Of a stretch of 64,000 nucleotides of DNA, positions 1-11,997 are shown piece after piece. The position numbers were made by a program, and so were the translations under genes. Within the stretch, counting starts at the first letter, position 1. The number at the start of each line of letters is the position of its first letter. Below the pieces are notes generated by a model, which searched no databases, was not told where the DNA came from, and worked only from the letters and a program-made list of their open reading frames with translations. This DNA comes from Octopus sinensis (lineage: Eukaryota), in NCBI RefSeq assembly GCF_006345805.1, contig NC_043011.1, positions 10,974,001 through 11,038,000 on the forward strand, in the 5' to 3' direction.

Positions 1-1606
1 AAAGTCGAAGAGCAGGCGTACCAGCTTGGCCAACCAGCGTTGGGACAAGGGACGACGGTCAAGCGGTAATAGATGACGGATGCGATGTACGCATTCGCCA
101 CCTCCGCTCGACCTTTCAGGGACAGCTTCCTCTCGGCCCTTTCTGGGTGAGACGTGCCACCCTGCTCGTCACCTCTTCCCAGTTCTTATCCACCTGGAGG
201 TCCGGACCGAACCAGACCCCGAGCAGTTTAACGGGTCCGTCTGTCCAGCGCCCTACGACGCTGTTGGACGGCATGGGCTTGCCTCTCCAGGTGCCCAGTT
301 GCAAGCCCACAGACTTTTCCGCGTTAATCTTTGCCCCTGTCACCGCTTCGTACTGGTTTAGCGTCTCGCCAATCAGGCCAATGTGCCTGTGGCTCGACAC
401 CACCACGGTGATGTCGTCGGCATAAGCAGACACGCTGTTTCCGCCTCCTAGATCGCGCGGGATACCCCTCAAAGCCTCCAACTTGCGCAGTAATGGCTCG
501 AGAGTCAAAATGTACAAGAGGGAGGAGAGAGGGCATCCTTGGCGGACCAAACGCGAGATGTCGAACGGTTCCGAAAGGTGACCGTTCACCCGTATCACCG
601 AGCAGATGTTGCTGTATAAAGCAGCTATCCACCCGCAGAAGACTGGACCGAAGCTGGCTGCCTTGAGGACAGCTGCCAGGTACCGATGGTCGACCCTATC
701 GAAGGCTTTACTCTGATCCAAGTTGATCAAAGCCCCACCCGCGCCAGCGTCGTTACCCACCCTCTCTATGATGTAGCGCATGAGATGGAGGTTGTCGTCT
801 ATCGACCTGGTCGGCACGGCGCATGTCTGCGTCTTGCCGACCAGCTTGTCCATGACAAGCGCCAATCTCTTGGCTAGCACCTTGGCCAAAATCTTCAACT
901 CTGCATTGAGCAGAGTGATGGGCCGGAAATTCCCTATAACGTCCCCCTTGTTTGGGTCCTTCTTTAGCAAAGCCACCACCCCTCGACAGACAAAAGCAGG
1001 AATTCTCCCGTTTTGCTGCCAGTTGCAGTAGACGTTTGCCAACAGGTCCGCAAACAAGTCTGGCATTGAAAAGTAAAGCTCATAGGGTAGACCATCCAAA
1101 CCCGGCGATCTACCTCTCGTGCAACTCTTCATCGCTTCCTGTACTTCCCAGGCAGATATCGGTCCTTCGCAGCACTCTGCCTCGCTGTCCGAGAGTTGCG
1201 GTAGGCCATCCAGGTACACACCGAAGTCTGCACCGTTGTCCGTTCCACCGCTCGTCCCAAACAGTTGAGCAAAGTGCCGCTGAAGCACCGTACACATCTG
1301 CTTCGGTTCGGTAACTTCGCGCCTGTTCTGGTCCACCAAAGACCGAATGGTTGCTCTTTTGCCTCGCTTCGCCTCCGCCATGCGGGCCCATCGAGCGGCT
1401 CTAGTCCCCTCCCCGCTTAGCGAACGTGCCTTAGCTCTGACAATGCAACCTTTGTGTTTGGCGTCGAAGTGTTGGTCGAGGGCCAACCTTGCCGCCAACA
1501 CGTCGGTCGCGATGCCAGTGTCAAGAGCCTCGTCTAGTTTCTTAACTAAATCCCGCTCTCCTTTCCTACGTTCATAGCTAGAGTCTTACTATATACCTAA
1601 TCGACT
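1..1606 (-). pseudogene. Tx1-like ORF2 reverse transcriptase region (frameshifted)
   Basis: Open from 1501 to 116 (461 aa) with all RT motifs. Small indels at about 1570-1625 and about 150 join it to the endonuclease upstream and to WAERKLSLKGRAEVANAYIASVIYYRL downstream. Confidence 0.9.
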
Positions 1607-2488
1607 CTACTCTAATTGCTCTCTTGAGGCAAACCACCAGTTGTTGTTGATGATTGCCCCCGTGAGCGCCCGCTTAACTAGTAAACTAATCCGGTCTCTG
1701 TAAGCTTTGCACGCCATTAACGACGCGTTCAGCTTCCAGTAGCCGGGTCCCTGTCTATGTAGCCTATCTAAGTCGACCGTACAGATCACTAATTTGTGGT
1801 CTGTATATTCGACTAGGTGGAATTGTGGACACCCTACGCTGTCCTTATCCGCTGGCCTACAAAACACTCTATCTAAGTACGATCTAGACGACCCGATGCG
1901 GTTTGTCCAAGTCCACATTGGCACATTCGGGTTGTCTAGTCGAAACCTGTCGGACAGCTGAAAGCGGCCGAGTAGGTTGGCGAGGCTCTTGCACCCTCTC
2001 CCTCTCCTATCAGACGCTCCCCTGCCCACCCGATCGAAACGTTCGTCTAAGACAGCGTTCCAATCCCCAACTAGCACTAGAGTGCGTGACGTTCCCAGGA
2101 AAACTTCCAGACATTTGAAATAATCCGACTGCCCTGCTCCTGTCGGAGCGTAGGCAGCCAGCAGTCTGAAAGCACCACCGTCACTACCGTCCACGTCGAG
2201 GACCACCAACTTACCTTCCGGATCCAAGAAGACTGTCCTTATTTTCAGGTCCAGGCCCTTCCGAAACAACACCGCAGTACCACCACCGCCCGCTCCCGGC
2301 CGACACGGAGATAGAAATATCTCGTATCCGCCGAAAAGGGCTGCGAGTTCCTGCGGGTCGGAGAGCCTGGTTTCACTGATGGCTGCTACATCCACATCAT
2401 GAAACCTCAGGTCGTTTAACAGGTGACCCTGTTTCCAAGGTGACCCGAGGCCTCTCACATTCAAGCAACCGATTCTAAGATTTGCCAT
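1607..2488 (-). pseudogene. Tx1-like ORF2 apurinic-type endonuclease domain
   Basis: MANLRIGCLNVRGLG...ISETRL...GDWNAVLD...SYLDRVF...YTDHKLV...GYWKLN. ATG at 2488 lies 38 nt after the ORF1 stop. Confidence 0.92.
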
Positions 2489-2526
2489 GTTTCAAAAGTT
2501 AGGAAAAAAAAAGGAGAAAAAAGGCT

Positions 2527-4327
2527 CTACCTACTGTTGTTGGTGGTGGGGGTGGCTCCCTTGTGCTTTTGCACGGGTTTTTCCACGATATTTTTGTACA
2601 GTTTCTGAGAGAAACTTTTCCCTAACAATCCCACATCGTTAGGGAATATTTGTTTAATTTCGTTGTATATTGTTTTGTTTATTTTTATTGTCAGAATGTG
2701 TGCTGGTGGTGTGTTTTTTGTTGGTATAACAAAATCTGTTATACTTGTACTGGTTGAGTTTTTCAAATACTCAACCAGTTCTTGGTTTTTTGTATTTATT
2801 GCTGTAAGTGCGTCTGTGTTTGTTTGTGTCTGTGGCAGTGGCAGTAGTGGAGTCGAAAGTGTTGTTGTTGTTTGTTGTTGTGAGTGTGTGTTGTTGTTGT
2901 TGTTGTTGTTGTTGATGTTTAGAAGCACTATTTGTTCGTGCTTCCCCTGTAAATCTTTTTGTTTTTTCCTCCTTTTCTTCTTTGGAGGCACTGTGCTCCA
3001 TTCTCCTTTGTTGGAATCGGAGCTCGCACAATCCGATAACTCTTCATCCGGCAAAGGAATGGTTGAGGGGTCTGCTTCAGCAGCAGGACGAAAGGTTTTT
3101 GGATCCGCCGGTATCAGTGGTGCCGCTGCTCCTGTTGCTGTTGATGTTGCTGCTGTCGATCTTCGAGGTACTGGTGTCGGTGTTGGTTTGGTGGTTGTTG
3201 TTGTTGGAGGTGGTGTTGTTCGTCTTGGTGCTGGTGATGGTGTTGGTGGTGAGGCAGCCTTTGGTGTTTCATGCTGTTTTTGTTGTTTCTGTTGTTGTTG
3301 TTGTTGTTGCTGCCTCTTGCTATACTCCTCCATTCTCTTTTTTTGAATGGGGCAGTCCCTTTTCAGGTGGCTTTCGCTACTGCAGAGGAAACATTTTGGC
3401 TTTCGCCCCTCTACAGTAACATTTAGCCTGGTCCCATCCAGTAAGATGACAAAGTCAGGTATGGCATTGATGTTTTCCTGCTGGATCTGTACCAGCAGTT
3501 GAATACCCATACCTGACCAGCTCTTTTCTCGTACCCTCCGAACATTCAGAATAGTGGCAGTGTCCTCTATGCCATAGAGGATAGCCGCCACTAGCCATGA
3601 TATTTTCTGTTCGGGGGGTATTGTGTTGATTGTTATTTTTTGTACCTTACGCCCGAGGTACGTCGGAACGAGGAACAAATGTTCATTTTGCAAGGGCGAA
3701 ATGGCATGCGCCCTTGCTTGCTCCTCTGTTGGGAAGCGAACCTCCATGGTTCCAAATCGCTTCCCTCTTGTCACATAGCTCTTTTGGCCCCAAATGGGCT
3801 TCAGAGTCATTTCTAACTGTTGTGGTGTGGCGTTAAACAATCTTTTAGTTTTCTTTTCGAAAACTTTATAAAAAATTGTTCTTTTGTTGGTCTCTTCTAT
3901 GAGTTGTTGAGGTGTGTTGAGGAAAACACTGTTTCCCCTCTTTTCTCAACAAATCTTTTGCCATTTTTATATCGTCCATTGTAATTTCTATATCTTCCGA
4001 AATTTGCTTCGCAGCAGAAGCAAAATCGTTTGAAACTTTTACATTTTTCTCTGTGTTTGTGTCTGTTATAACTTTCCTTTCCTACCCCTTCGGTACAACA
4101 TCACATGTTGAAGGCAGAGGGGGAAAATCGGGAGTGACGTCGAACGCGACGTCCTGGCTAGCATTCTCTTTTCGAACGGCGCACGTGCATTCCGTTTCGG
4201 AAAGAGGAGCTCTGTTGCCTTTTACGGCTTGAAATGGGCGGTTCGTTAACTGTGATGTAATTTTTTCTTCTTGTGGAGTGGGTGTTGTTGCAAGGAGGGA
4301 AGAGCCAGCAGCTTCTTTCAAAGCCAT
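2527..4327 (-). pseudogene. Tx1-like ORF1 (gag-like, CCHC zinc knuckle), with one in-frame stop and one frameshift
   Basis: Starts MALKEAAG at 4327, in-frame TAG at 4082-4084, frameshift near 3940, then open to 2527. Contains CX2CX4HX4C followed by polyQ, Pro/Thr-rich, polyN segments and a KKKRRKK basic patch. Confidence 0.8.
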
Positions 4328-4548
4328 TTTGTAAATGTGTGTGTGCAAAAAATGTCAAATTTCAAGTAATAAACAGTAATTTTACCCCGAAAGGGGCAGA
4401 ATTTTTGCCTAACCAATCAGCTCTACAAAGAGTTAATCGGCTCGGCTACAAAAATATTAAAAAATATTTACATTTATCAAACGATTTCCTATGAAATTGG
4501 TGCAAAATTCACGGAGCCTCCGCAGACACGTCCATCAGCGTTGGAAGG

Positions 4549-4574
4549 AATAATAATAATAATAATAATAATAA
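4549..4574. repeat. (AAT)n microsatellite at the 5' boundary of the Tx1-like element
   Basis: aataataat... read directly. Confidence 0.95.
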
Positions 4575-5149
4575 CGATAACAGGACATCATATATATGGA
4601 TAACAACAGATGGATAGTGTTTCACTTACTACAGCAGTCTCAGACATATTTGTTTATAGATGAATAGTTATTACATCATGGGAAGAAAAAACCCATTTTT
4701 ATCAGGTGAATATATGCATGATTTAAACATATATTGACCTGATAACAACAGTGTTTTTTTCACATGATGTAATACCTCTACTCATCAATAAAAAATATGT
4801 CTGAAACAGCTGTAATGAGTGAGCCACTATCCATCTGTTGTTATTTATTTATTATTCACCTTATTTGGAACCTGCAACTAGCATGGATCCAGAGTATTGA
4901 AAGCAGTACAATTGGTGCAGTGTTTGTACCCAGGTGTAGCATTAAGACTTGTGGTATATTCAGTCAGATGCTTGTGATTGTACATGCAACTCAAATATAA
5001 ATCCGGCTTTACTTTGGTATGCATGAATATGTTCTTCCAAATTTTTTTTGTACTTGATAGCTTTTTCATTGACCCAACCTTGATGCTTTACTATTCAAGG
5101 ACCCGATTCATTTGAATCCTGAACTTTGAACTTTTACATATATATCATC

Positions 5150-5283
5150 ATCATCATCATCATTTAGCGTCCGCTTTCCATGCTAGCATGGGTTGGACGG
5201 TTCAACTGGGGTCTGGGAAGCCAGAAGGCTGCACCAGGCCCAGTCTGATCTGGCAATGTTTCTACGGCTGGATGCCCTTCCTA
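5150..5283 (-). mobile_element. RTE-family 3' UTR fragment with (GAT)n tail
   Basis: catcatcat...ttagcgtccgctttccatgctagcatgggttggacgg...ggatgcccttcctaac. The same motif follows RTE ORFs elsewhere in the window. Confidence 0.8.
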
Positions 5284-7180
5284 ACACATCCTTCTCATCA
5301 CATCCTTCCAACCTTTCTCATACTCTCTCTGTAGCAGGGTCTTCTTCTCCAACCCCATCTTGCTCTTCAGATGGTATCTGAAGTAAGTTAACAAACCGGG
5401 GCCAGAGACGAAGGACCCTGTCACAAAACCTGCCATTCTGGTTCTGCAACCGTACAGTAAAAACACGCCTTACCTTCCTTTGAGAGTCCAGTTGGCGGTA
5501 TCATCATTATTATAGATCCAGCCGACAGCTGTACTTGTCCCAGATGCAACAACATGTGTTCGATGCAACTTATCAAGCTTGACAGCTCCAGTGTGCTGGA
5601 TGGTTTCATCATCCAGCCCACATCTTGGACACATCAGTGGCACTGACATTCCGTGCCTAGATAACTTATCGCGAACAAGTAAAGCATTCCTATAGCACTG
5701 CCAGGTCAGGGATTTTTGATAGTTGTCCAAGTACCCTGGCCTGAAAGTTTTCTTAAACAGGTTGGTGAGTTGATTCTCATTAAACCCCAGAGCCCCACCT
5801 AGGATGCCATCATTTTTTGCCTCTACCAGCCCTCTACAGAACACCGATGTGGTATTCCTGCTGCCAGCCTTGCCCATCATGTGGATCAGCCATAAAGTCA
5901 GATTCCTTCATTTTATGAAACTGGGTTTAAATCTCTCCATAGAGGCCGGTCGCAGGAAGAATTCCTCTGCCAGCAGACTCCACACCTTATCACCTTCCAG
6001 GTGGCGCCACAGATGTCTCAACTACAGCACATGTTTGCACATCATTAGCCAAGGCATTCCCAGTCGGCCCTTTAACAGTTCCTGGCAGCAAACTGAGCAC
6101 CTTACAAGTGGCTTTCCTCCTTTCCAGAAAAAGCAGAAAAGGAGTTGTTCCAACTTGTTTAGCCACAAATTGGGACAAGGGACACAACTGTCAGGCAGTA
6201 GGTGATTATAGATGCCATAAACACCTGCACCACCTCCTCCCTTCCTTTCAAGGACAGAGCTCTTCCAGACCACTTCCGTACTACAGCTTCTACTTTGTCT
6301 TCCACCTCACTCCAATTCTCTGTCTGAGAGTCTGGGCCGAACCAAACTCCAAGCAACTTAACAGGACCATCTGTCCAGTGCCCCATGACACTGGACGATA
6401 TCGACTTGCTCCTCCAGGTGCCGAGGCACAAGCCGATGGACTTGTCCCTGTTAACTTTTGCCCCTGCCACCACTTCGTATCTTCTGAGAGCATCTACATG
6501 AGATAGCTGTGCTTCGTTGGACACAATGAAGGTGACGTCATTCGCATAAGCAGAAACAGACTTACCGCATCCAATTTCATTAGGGTTTCCTCTTAACTTC
6601 TCCAGCAATGGCTCTAGAGCCAACACGTACAGAAGCGGCAACAAGGGACACCCTTGACGAACTGAGCGCTTGATCGAAAACGGCTCCATCAGGAAACTGT
6701 TTATCTGGACTGTGGACTTGATGCCACTGTACATAGGAGAGATCCACCCGCAGAAGCCAGGGCCCAGCCGCTTTGAGGACCGCTGCCAGCTACCGATGGT
6801 CAACCTTATCAAATGCTTTACTTTGGTCTAAATAGACCATTGCCCCTCCTTTGCCAGTTAATTTCCCAACCCTGTCTAAGGTGTAGTAGATAAAGTGAAG
6901 ATTATCCTACCAGGGATTGCACATGTCTGTGCCTTCCCTACAAGTTTCTCCTTGACAGCCATCAACCTTTTCACTAACACCTTGGCCCAAATCTTTAACT
7001 CTACATTAAGTAGAGTTATGGGCCTGTAATTACTAATACTATCCCCCTTGCTCGGGTCTTTCTGGACCAGCATCACCACTCCCTGGTTCACAGAAATGGG
7101 AATTCTCCCATTCTGTTGCCAGTTTGCAAAGATGCTTGCCAGTATATCCCTGAACAAGTCCATCAAAGAATGGTGCATTG
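5281..7180 (-). mobile_element. Second, more decayed Tx1-like LINE (RT through C-terminal zinc-binding region)
   Basis: Fragmented frames: NYRPITLLNVELKIWAKVL, SVRQGCPLLPLLY, AYANDVTF, GPVKLLGVWFGPD, CPRCGLDDETIQH. It is a clear paralog of the 1-1606 RT. Confidence 0.88.
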
Positions 7181-7289
7181 AAGATGTAGGGTGGTGGGTG
7201 GTAGGTGAGGGGTGACATGACGGCAGGGTGGGTTCGGGAGGAGAGAGCAGATGCACAGACCATGGAACGTGCTCTGACAAAGGCGGTGT

Positions 7290-7713
7290 GGATAGTGGTG
7301 AGGGGATACAGTCATCAATATAACAACTTTATAGTTCAGGAGTGGGACCAGTGAAACTTGAGAATATTTGAGCCTCAACGTAGCCAACAAACAAGGGGCC
7401 CCATTCTCATTCCCATGGCTACTCCAGAGATCTGCTGGTAAAAATCACCCGCAAACGAGAAGCAGATAAGTGAGAGGACAAGTTCAGCCAGATAAAGGAA
7501 TGTGGATGTATCAGGTTGGGGGTTGGGTCGAAGGTCAAGGAAATGTTGGAGTGCATGCAGCCCCTCGTGAGGGATCACTGTGTATAGACTCTTGATATCA
7601 AGAGTGAAGAGAAGTTTAGAGGGTCCAGGAGGGAAGGAGAAAGAGTTGAACAAACGAAGAGCATAGTTGGTGTCATGGATATATGTATATATATATATAT
7701 ATATGTGTGTATA

Positions 7714-7752
<39 letters not shown>

Positions 7753-7860
7753 CAGCACGAAGCGTAAGGAAGGATGCATCAACTTGCTAGAAATAAGTGT
7801 TAAAGTCTTAATTAAACCACCGTAAAGCACCAAGATACCATCAATTAAAATTTTTCCACC
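7290..7860 (-). mobile_element. Penelope-like RT fragment interrupted by (TA)n
   Basis: LLFTLDIKSLYTVIPH...FYQQISGVAMGMRMGP followed by a YIDD motif in a shifted frame. Confidence 0.8.
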
Positions 7861-7939
7861 GATGATATTAACAGTAGTGACATCTTATTTCAAACTTTAG
7901 TGTTTGAATGTTTTATATATATATATATGTGTGTGTGTA

Positions 7940-7994
<55 letters not shown>

Positions 7995-8065
7995 GTATGT
8001 ATGTATGTATATATGTATGTGTTTGTGTGTGTGTGTATGTATATGTATACAACCATGCATATATA
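7678..8065. repeat. (TA)n/(TG)n/(TATG)n microsatellite clusters
   Basis: Read directly at 7678-7750 and 7912-8065. Confidence 0.9.
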
Positions 8066-8229
8066 TTTAGATAGATGCACACCAATCCATCTAGTAGCAG
8101 ATGCATTTATGTGAATGCTTGTGTTCATGCATTTGATATACAGATATTTGCAGTTTCTCTTTTTACCTTATATCTGAAACTATTTGTTTATTTTTCTTAT
8201 GAATAATTGTTTTTGTATTTTTCTTCCAG

Positions 8230-8371
8230 ATTTGTCGCTTCTAAAACTCTTACAGACTTTATAATAATCAGATAACCAAAGCAGTCGCAGACTAATTTGT
8301 CCCCGTGATTTTATAAAATCAGACACACCCAGCTTATTTGAAACAGCGCTTTCACCGCCACTACCACCACA
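8230..8371 (+). other. ZC3H12: 5' UTR part of the first coding exon of the Regnase gene
   Basis: Polypyrimidine tract and ttccAG acceptor ending at 8229. All three frames are closed upstream of the ATG, no upstream ATG, Kozak-like accacaATGG at 8372. This implies a further upstream non-coding exon that was not located. Confidence 0.6.
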
Positions 8372-8904
8372 ATGGTTTCAGCTCCAGGAACTTTGAAGAC
8401 TGAAAGTCTTGGTAGTGCCCTTTATTTGGACTATGTGAGTAAGACTCAGTCAAAATCAGGAGACACTTTCAATTTCATGACTGACAATTCTAGTTCCCGC
8501 ATGAATAACAGCGTAACAGAGGAATCTGATGAAGATGGAGACAGCGATGATAACAACAATGGAATATTGGAAAACTACAACACACCGGATTTTCAGCAGA
8601 AAATGGAGTATGTGCTTCGTCTGGGTTATACTGTTGACCAGTTCAAGACTGTGTGGAAGAAGTTAGGCCCCAAAAAGGAAAACGATGTCTTATTAGCTGA
8701 ACTTTTGAAGCTTACAGATGGTTTATCAATGAAGTCGGTGAATGATCCCCATTCAGAAATGGAGCATAATTCAATCCCGAGCACAGAGTCTGCTGCATCA
8801 GTGACTGAAAAGAGCAGTTTGTCAAAAGACACAATTAACAAGAACCCAGATGATGGTGATAATCTGCGCATGATCGTCATTGATGGCAGCAATGTTGCCA
8901 TGTT
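8372..8904 (+). CDS. ZC3H12: Regnase-1/MCPIP-like ribonuclease, coding exon 1 (N-terminal UBA-like domain and start of the PIN/NYN domain)
   Basis: FQQKMEYVLRLGYTVDQFKTVWKKLG...LLAELLKL and LRMIVIDGSNVAM; donor TT|gtatgt, phase 2. Confidence 0.93.
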
Positions 8905-8965
8905 GTATGTATTTTCTCATTTCTCTCTTTGATTAGTTGTCTTTGAATGTAGCACATTTCTCAGT

Positions 8966-9977
8966 TTAACCCTTTTGTCACTGTATTTATTTTGAGATGC
9001 TCTGTGTTTCTTTCAATTACTTTAAATATAACAAAGAATTTAGTAAAATAACTTAGTTATCATTCAGCTAGTGTTAGGAACATAAATTGTGACTAAGGTT
9101 TGGTGGAAGATTTTAATTCAAAACTTATGAAAACAAGACATTTGTACTACAGAGTCAGAGGTGGTTTCAGGTGGGTTGGTATCAAAAGGGTTAAGAATTG
9201 TTTCTCTATTATATTTTAACCCTTTTGTTACTGTATTTACTTTGAGATGCTCTGTGTTTCTTTCAATTACTTTAAATATAACAAAGAATTTAGTAAAATA
9301 ACTTCATTATCATTAAGCTAGAGTTACAAACATAAGTTGTGACTAAGGTTTGGTAGAAGATTTTAATTCAAAACTTATGAAAACAAGACATTTGTACTAC
9401 AGAGCCAGAAGTGGTTTCCGCTAGGTTGGTATCAAAAGGGCTAAGAATTGTTTCTCTATTATATATTTTAATCCTTTCGTTACTGTATTTATTTTGAGAT
9501 GCTCTGTGTTTCTTTCAATTACTTTAGATATAACAAAGAATTTAGTAAAATAACTTCGTTATCATTAAGCTAGTGTTAGGAACATAAATTGTGACTAAGG
9601 TTTGGTGGAAGATTTTAATTCAAAACTTATGAAAACAAGACATTTGTACTACAGAGCCAGAAGTGGTTTCCGCTAGGTTGGCATCAAAAGGGCTAAGAAT
9701 TGTTTCTCTATTATATATTTTAACCCTTTTGGTACTGTATTTATTTTGAGATGCTCTGTGTTTCTTTCAATTAATTTATAATATAACAAAGAATTTAGTA
9801 AAATAACTTAGTTATCATTCAGCTAGTGTTAGAAACGTAAATTGTGACTAAGGTTTGGTAGAAGATTTTAATCCAAAACTTATTGAAAACAAGACATTTG
9901 TACTACAGAGCCAGAGGTGGTTTCAGGTGGGTTAGTATCAAAAGGGTTAAGAATTGTTTCTCTATTATATATTTTAA
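8966..9977 (+). mobile_element. Four tandem copies of a ~221-bp piggyBac-type MITE (TTAA-CCC...GGG-TTAA), each followed by a 21-23 nt spacer
   Basis: Copies at 8970-9190, 9220-9440, 9472-9692 and 9724-9946. Termini ccctttTG(T)TAC / GTATCAAAAGGG, TTAA at the junctions, period about 251 bp. Confidence 0.88.
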
Positions 9978-10469
9978 TAAACCCAGCATTGAGATATTAA
10001 TTGTCAAGTGTCACTGTTGGGAATATTCTGTTGTGTGCCAGGGATAAAATACATCTGTCTTAAAAGCTGTAAGTCTAAAGATACAGAGAAATGGAGTTAC
10101 ATTTAACTGCCCTTAAATGAGTTCAAATAACTGAAATAAGTACCAGTTATATACTTTATTGCTCCAAATACATACCTTGTATATAATTATGTTGCTAATA
10201 TATAATTGTAAAAATGATTTTACATTGAAATGTTCTCATAAATATAGAAAAACTTTTTAATATTTCAATAGTAAATAGCCCATTAATTATAATTGCTTTT
10301 CTTATAACCTAATATTCATTTTTTTGTAAAAAGTTTTATCGTATATTTAACAGATACACAACTAATTATAATGATGTAAAATTTTTGTTTATTCTTTCAT
10401 TATATACTTATGTCATCAAAAGTCAAGTATTAAACTGGCTTTTCTTGCAATATTGTATTGCTTCTTAGC

Positions 10470-10635
10470 AGTGCCATGCTAGAAGCGCTTGTGCAATACC
10501 ATTTTGAAAGCATCCAGCACACACTAAGTAGAGGTTGGCATTAGGAAGGGCATCCTGTTGTAGAAACCAAGCCAGATTAGACAAGAACCTGCTGCTGTAT
10601 CCTAGTTAATCACCTCTGATCAAACCATCCAAAGC
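10470..10635 (+). mobile_element. Degenerate RTE 3' UTR repeat
   Basis: ggttggcattaggaagggcatcctgttgtagaaacc...aaccatccaaagcatgct. Confidence 0.6.
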
Positions 10636-10641
10636 ATGCTA

Positions 10642-10674
<33 letters not shown>

Positions 10675-10774
10675 AAATGCATGTATGTGTGTGTGTGTTC
10701 ATATATACATGTGTGTAAGTATGCATATATATAAGTATATGTGTGTGTATATGTACGTGTATATATGTATGTTC

Positions 10775-11520
10775 TTGCTCCCTGGATGAGGAAATATCTT
10801 TCAGGTTGCAGAGAGCAACTAATTCCTTCCGGTCTCTTCAGTCTCATGTCTGGTCCCAACATGGCATCGCAAGGAGAACAAAAGTTGCTGTGTACCGTGC
10901 TTGTGTACTGACATCGCTTCTCTACTCATGTGAGACATGGACTCAGTACAAACGTCAGGTAAGGGTCCTTGAACGTTTTCAGCAGAGATGTCTCAGACAC
11001 ATTCTCAATGTTGGCTGGACCTCAAAAATTCCAGACACACAGATCCTGAGGACAGCTGATATCTTGAGTATTGAGGCGATGGTACACAAGCACCGGTTGC
11101 ATTGGAGTGGATACCTTATTAGAATGGAGGATAGAAGGATTCCTAAGCAGATGCTCTATGGAGAACTTGTGAATGGAAGGAGACTCCGGCAGGAACCAAG
11201 GCTGCGATTTAAGGACTGCGTCAAGTCCTCATTAAAGGCCTGAGATATGCAGGACACTGACTGGGAGAACAATGCCTATCATCGTCACAGATGGAGGAAG
11301 CAGGTTAAGGAGGGGATCGACACTTTTGAGAGAGCACAGCTCGTATAGTGAATGGGGAAAGCTTGGTCTGCAATGTTTGCAGTCGTGTATGCTTGTCAAG
11401 AGCAGGGCTCATTAGCCACCAACGGAGCCACGAATGCAAAATATAAGTTAGTCCTAGAGCACACAATGTTCCTGAAGGTCGGCAGTGGTCTTCCTCGGTC
11501 ACGAGTGGACAGCCATCATC
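10775..11520 (+). mobile_element. RTE-clade LINE 3' fragment with a C-terminal C2H2-like motif
   Basis: DEEISFRL...TKVAVYRACVLTSLLYSCETWT...HRLHWSGYLIRMEDRRIPKQMLYGEL...RFKD, followed by a degenerate CxxC...GLISHQRSH. Confidence 0.85.
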
Positions 11521-11629
11521 ATATATATGAATACACGTCTGCATATATGTGTATAAATGTGTGTATATTTGTATATAGATATGTGCATGTGTAAATGTGT
11601 GTGTGTGTGTGTGTGTGTTTTTTCTAATT

Positions 11630-11965
11630 TTTTTTTACTTCTTCCATCATTTCACTGTGGCCATGCTGGAGCACCACCTTAAAGGGTTTTAATCAAAGAA
11701 ATCAACTCCAGGGCTTATTCTTTGTAAGCCTATGATTTTCGGTGATATAAACACATCAGCATCAGTTGTCAAGTGATGGTGGCGGAGACAAACACACACA
11801 CACACACACACACACACAAATTTGTAGTTTCTGTCAACCAAATCTACTCACAGTGCTTCAGTCAGTCTGGGGCAATAGTAGAAGACACTAACCCAAAATG
11901 CCACGCAGTGGAACTGAACCTAGAACCATGTGGTTGGGAAGCAAGCTTCTTACCATACAGCCAGG
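11630..11965 (-). mobile_element. tRNA-derived SINE family A (CORE-like, octopus OR-type), degenerate
   Basis: Matches the family A motifs ccatgctggagcacc and ccacgcagtggaactgaac. Confidence 0.75.
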
Positions 11966-11997
11966 CTGTGTTTTTCTCTCTCCCCCACCCCTCTGCT

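Larger units (their letters stand above)
1..4548 (-). mobile_element. Tx1/L1-like non-LTR retrotransposon, near full length; 3' end runs off the window
   Basis: ORF1 with a CCHC knuckle (CFLCSSESHLKRDC) precedes ORF2 with an APE endonuclease (GCLNVRG, ISETRL, GDWNA, YLDRVF, TDH) and RT (SPGLDGLP, VRQGCPLS, AYADDITV, KLLGVWF). The 5' boundary at the (AAT)n tract is inferred. Confidence 0.92.

Noticed and set aside
2663-3346. 227-aa plus-strand ORF rich in V/C/G
   Set aside because: Antisense shadow of the low-complexity part of Tx1 ORF1.
7897-8128. ORFs of poly-IY/YI/HT (also 35081-35362 poly-I/L)
   Set aside because: These are translations of (TA)n, (CA)n and (ATT)n microsatellites.
8966-9977. 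Regular repeat-spacer array resembling CRISPR
   Set aside because: The units are ~221-bp TIR elements and the spacers are identical rather than unique; eukaryotic context and no cas genes.
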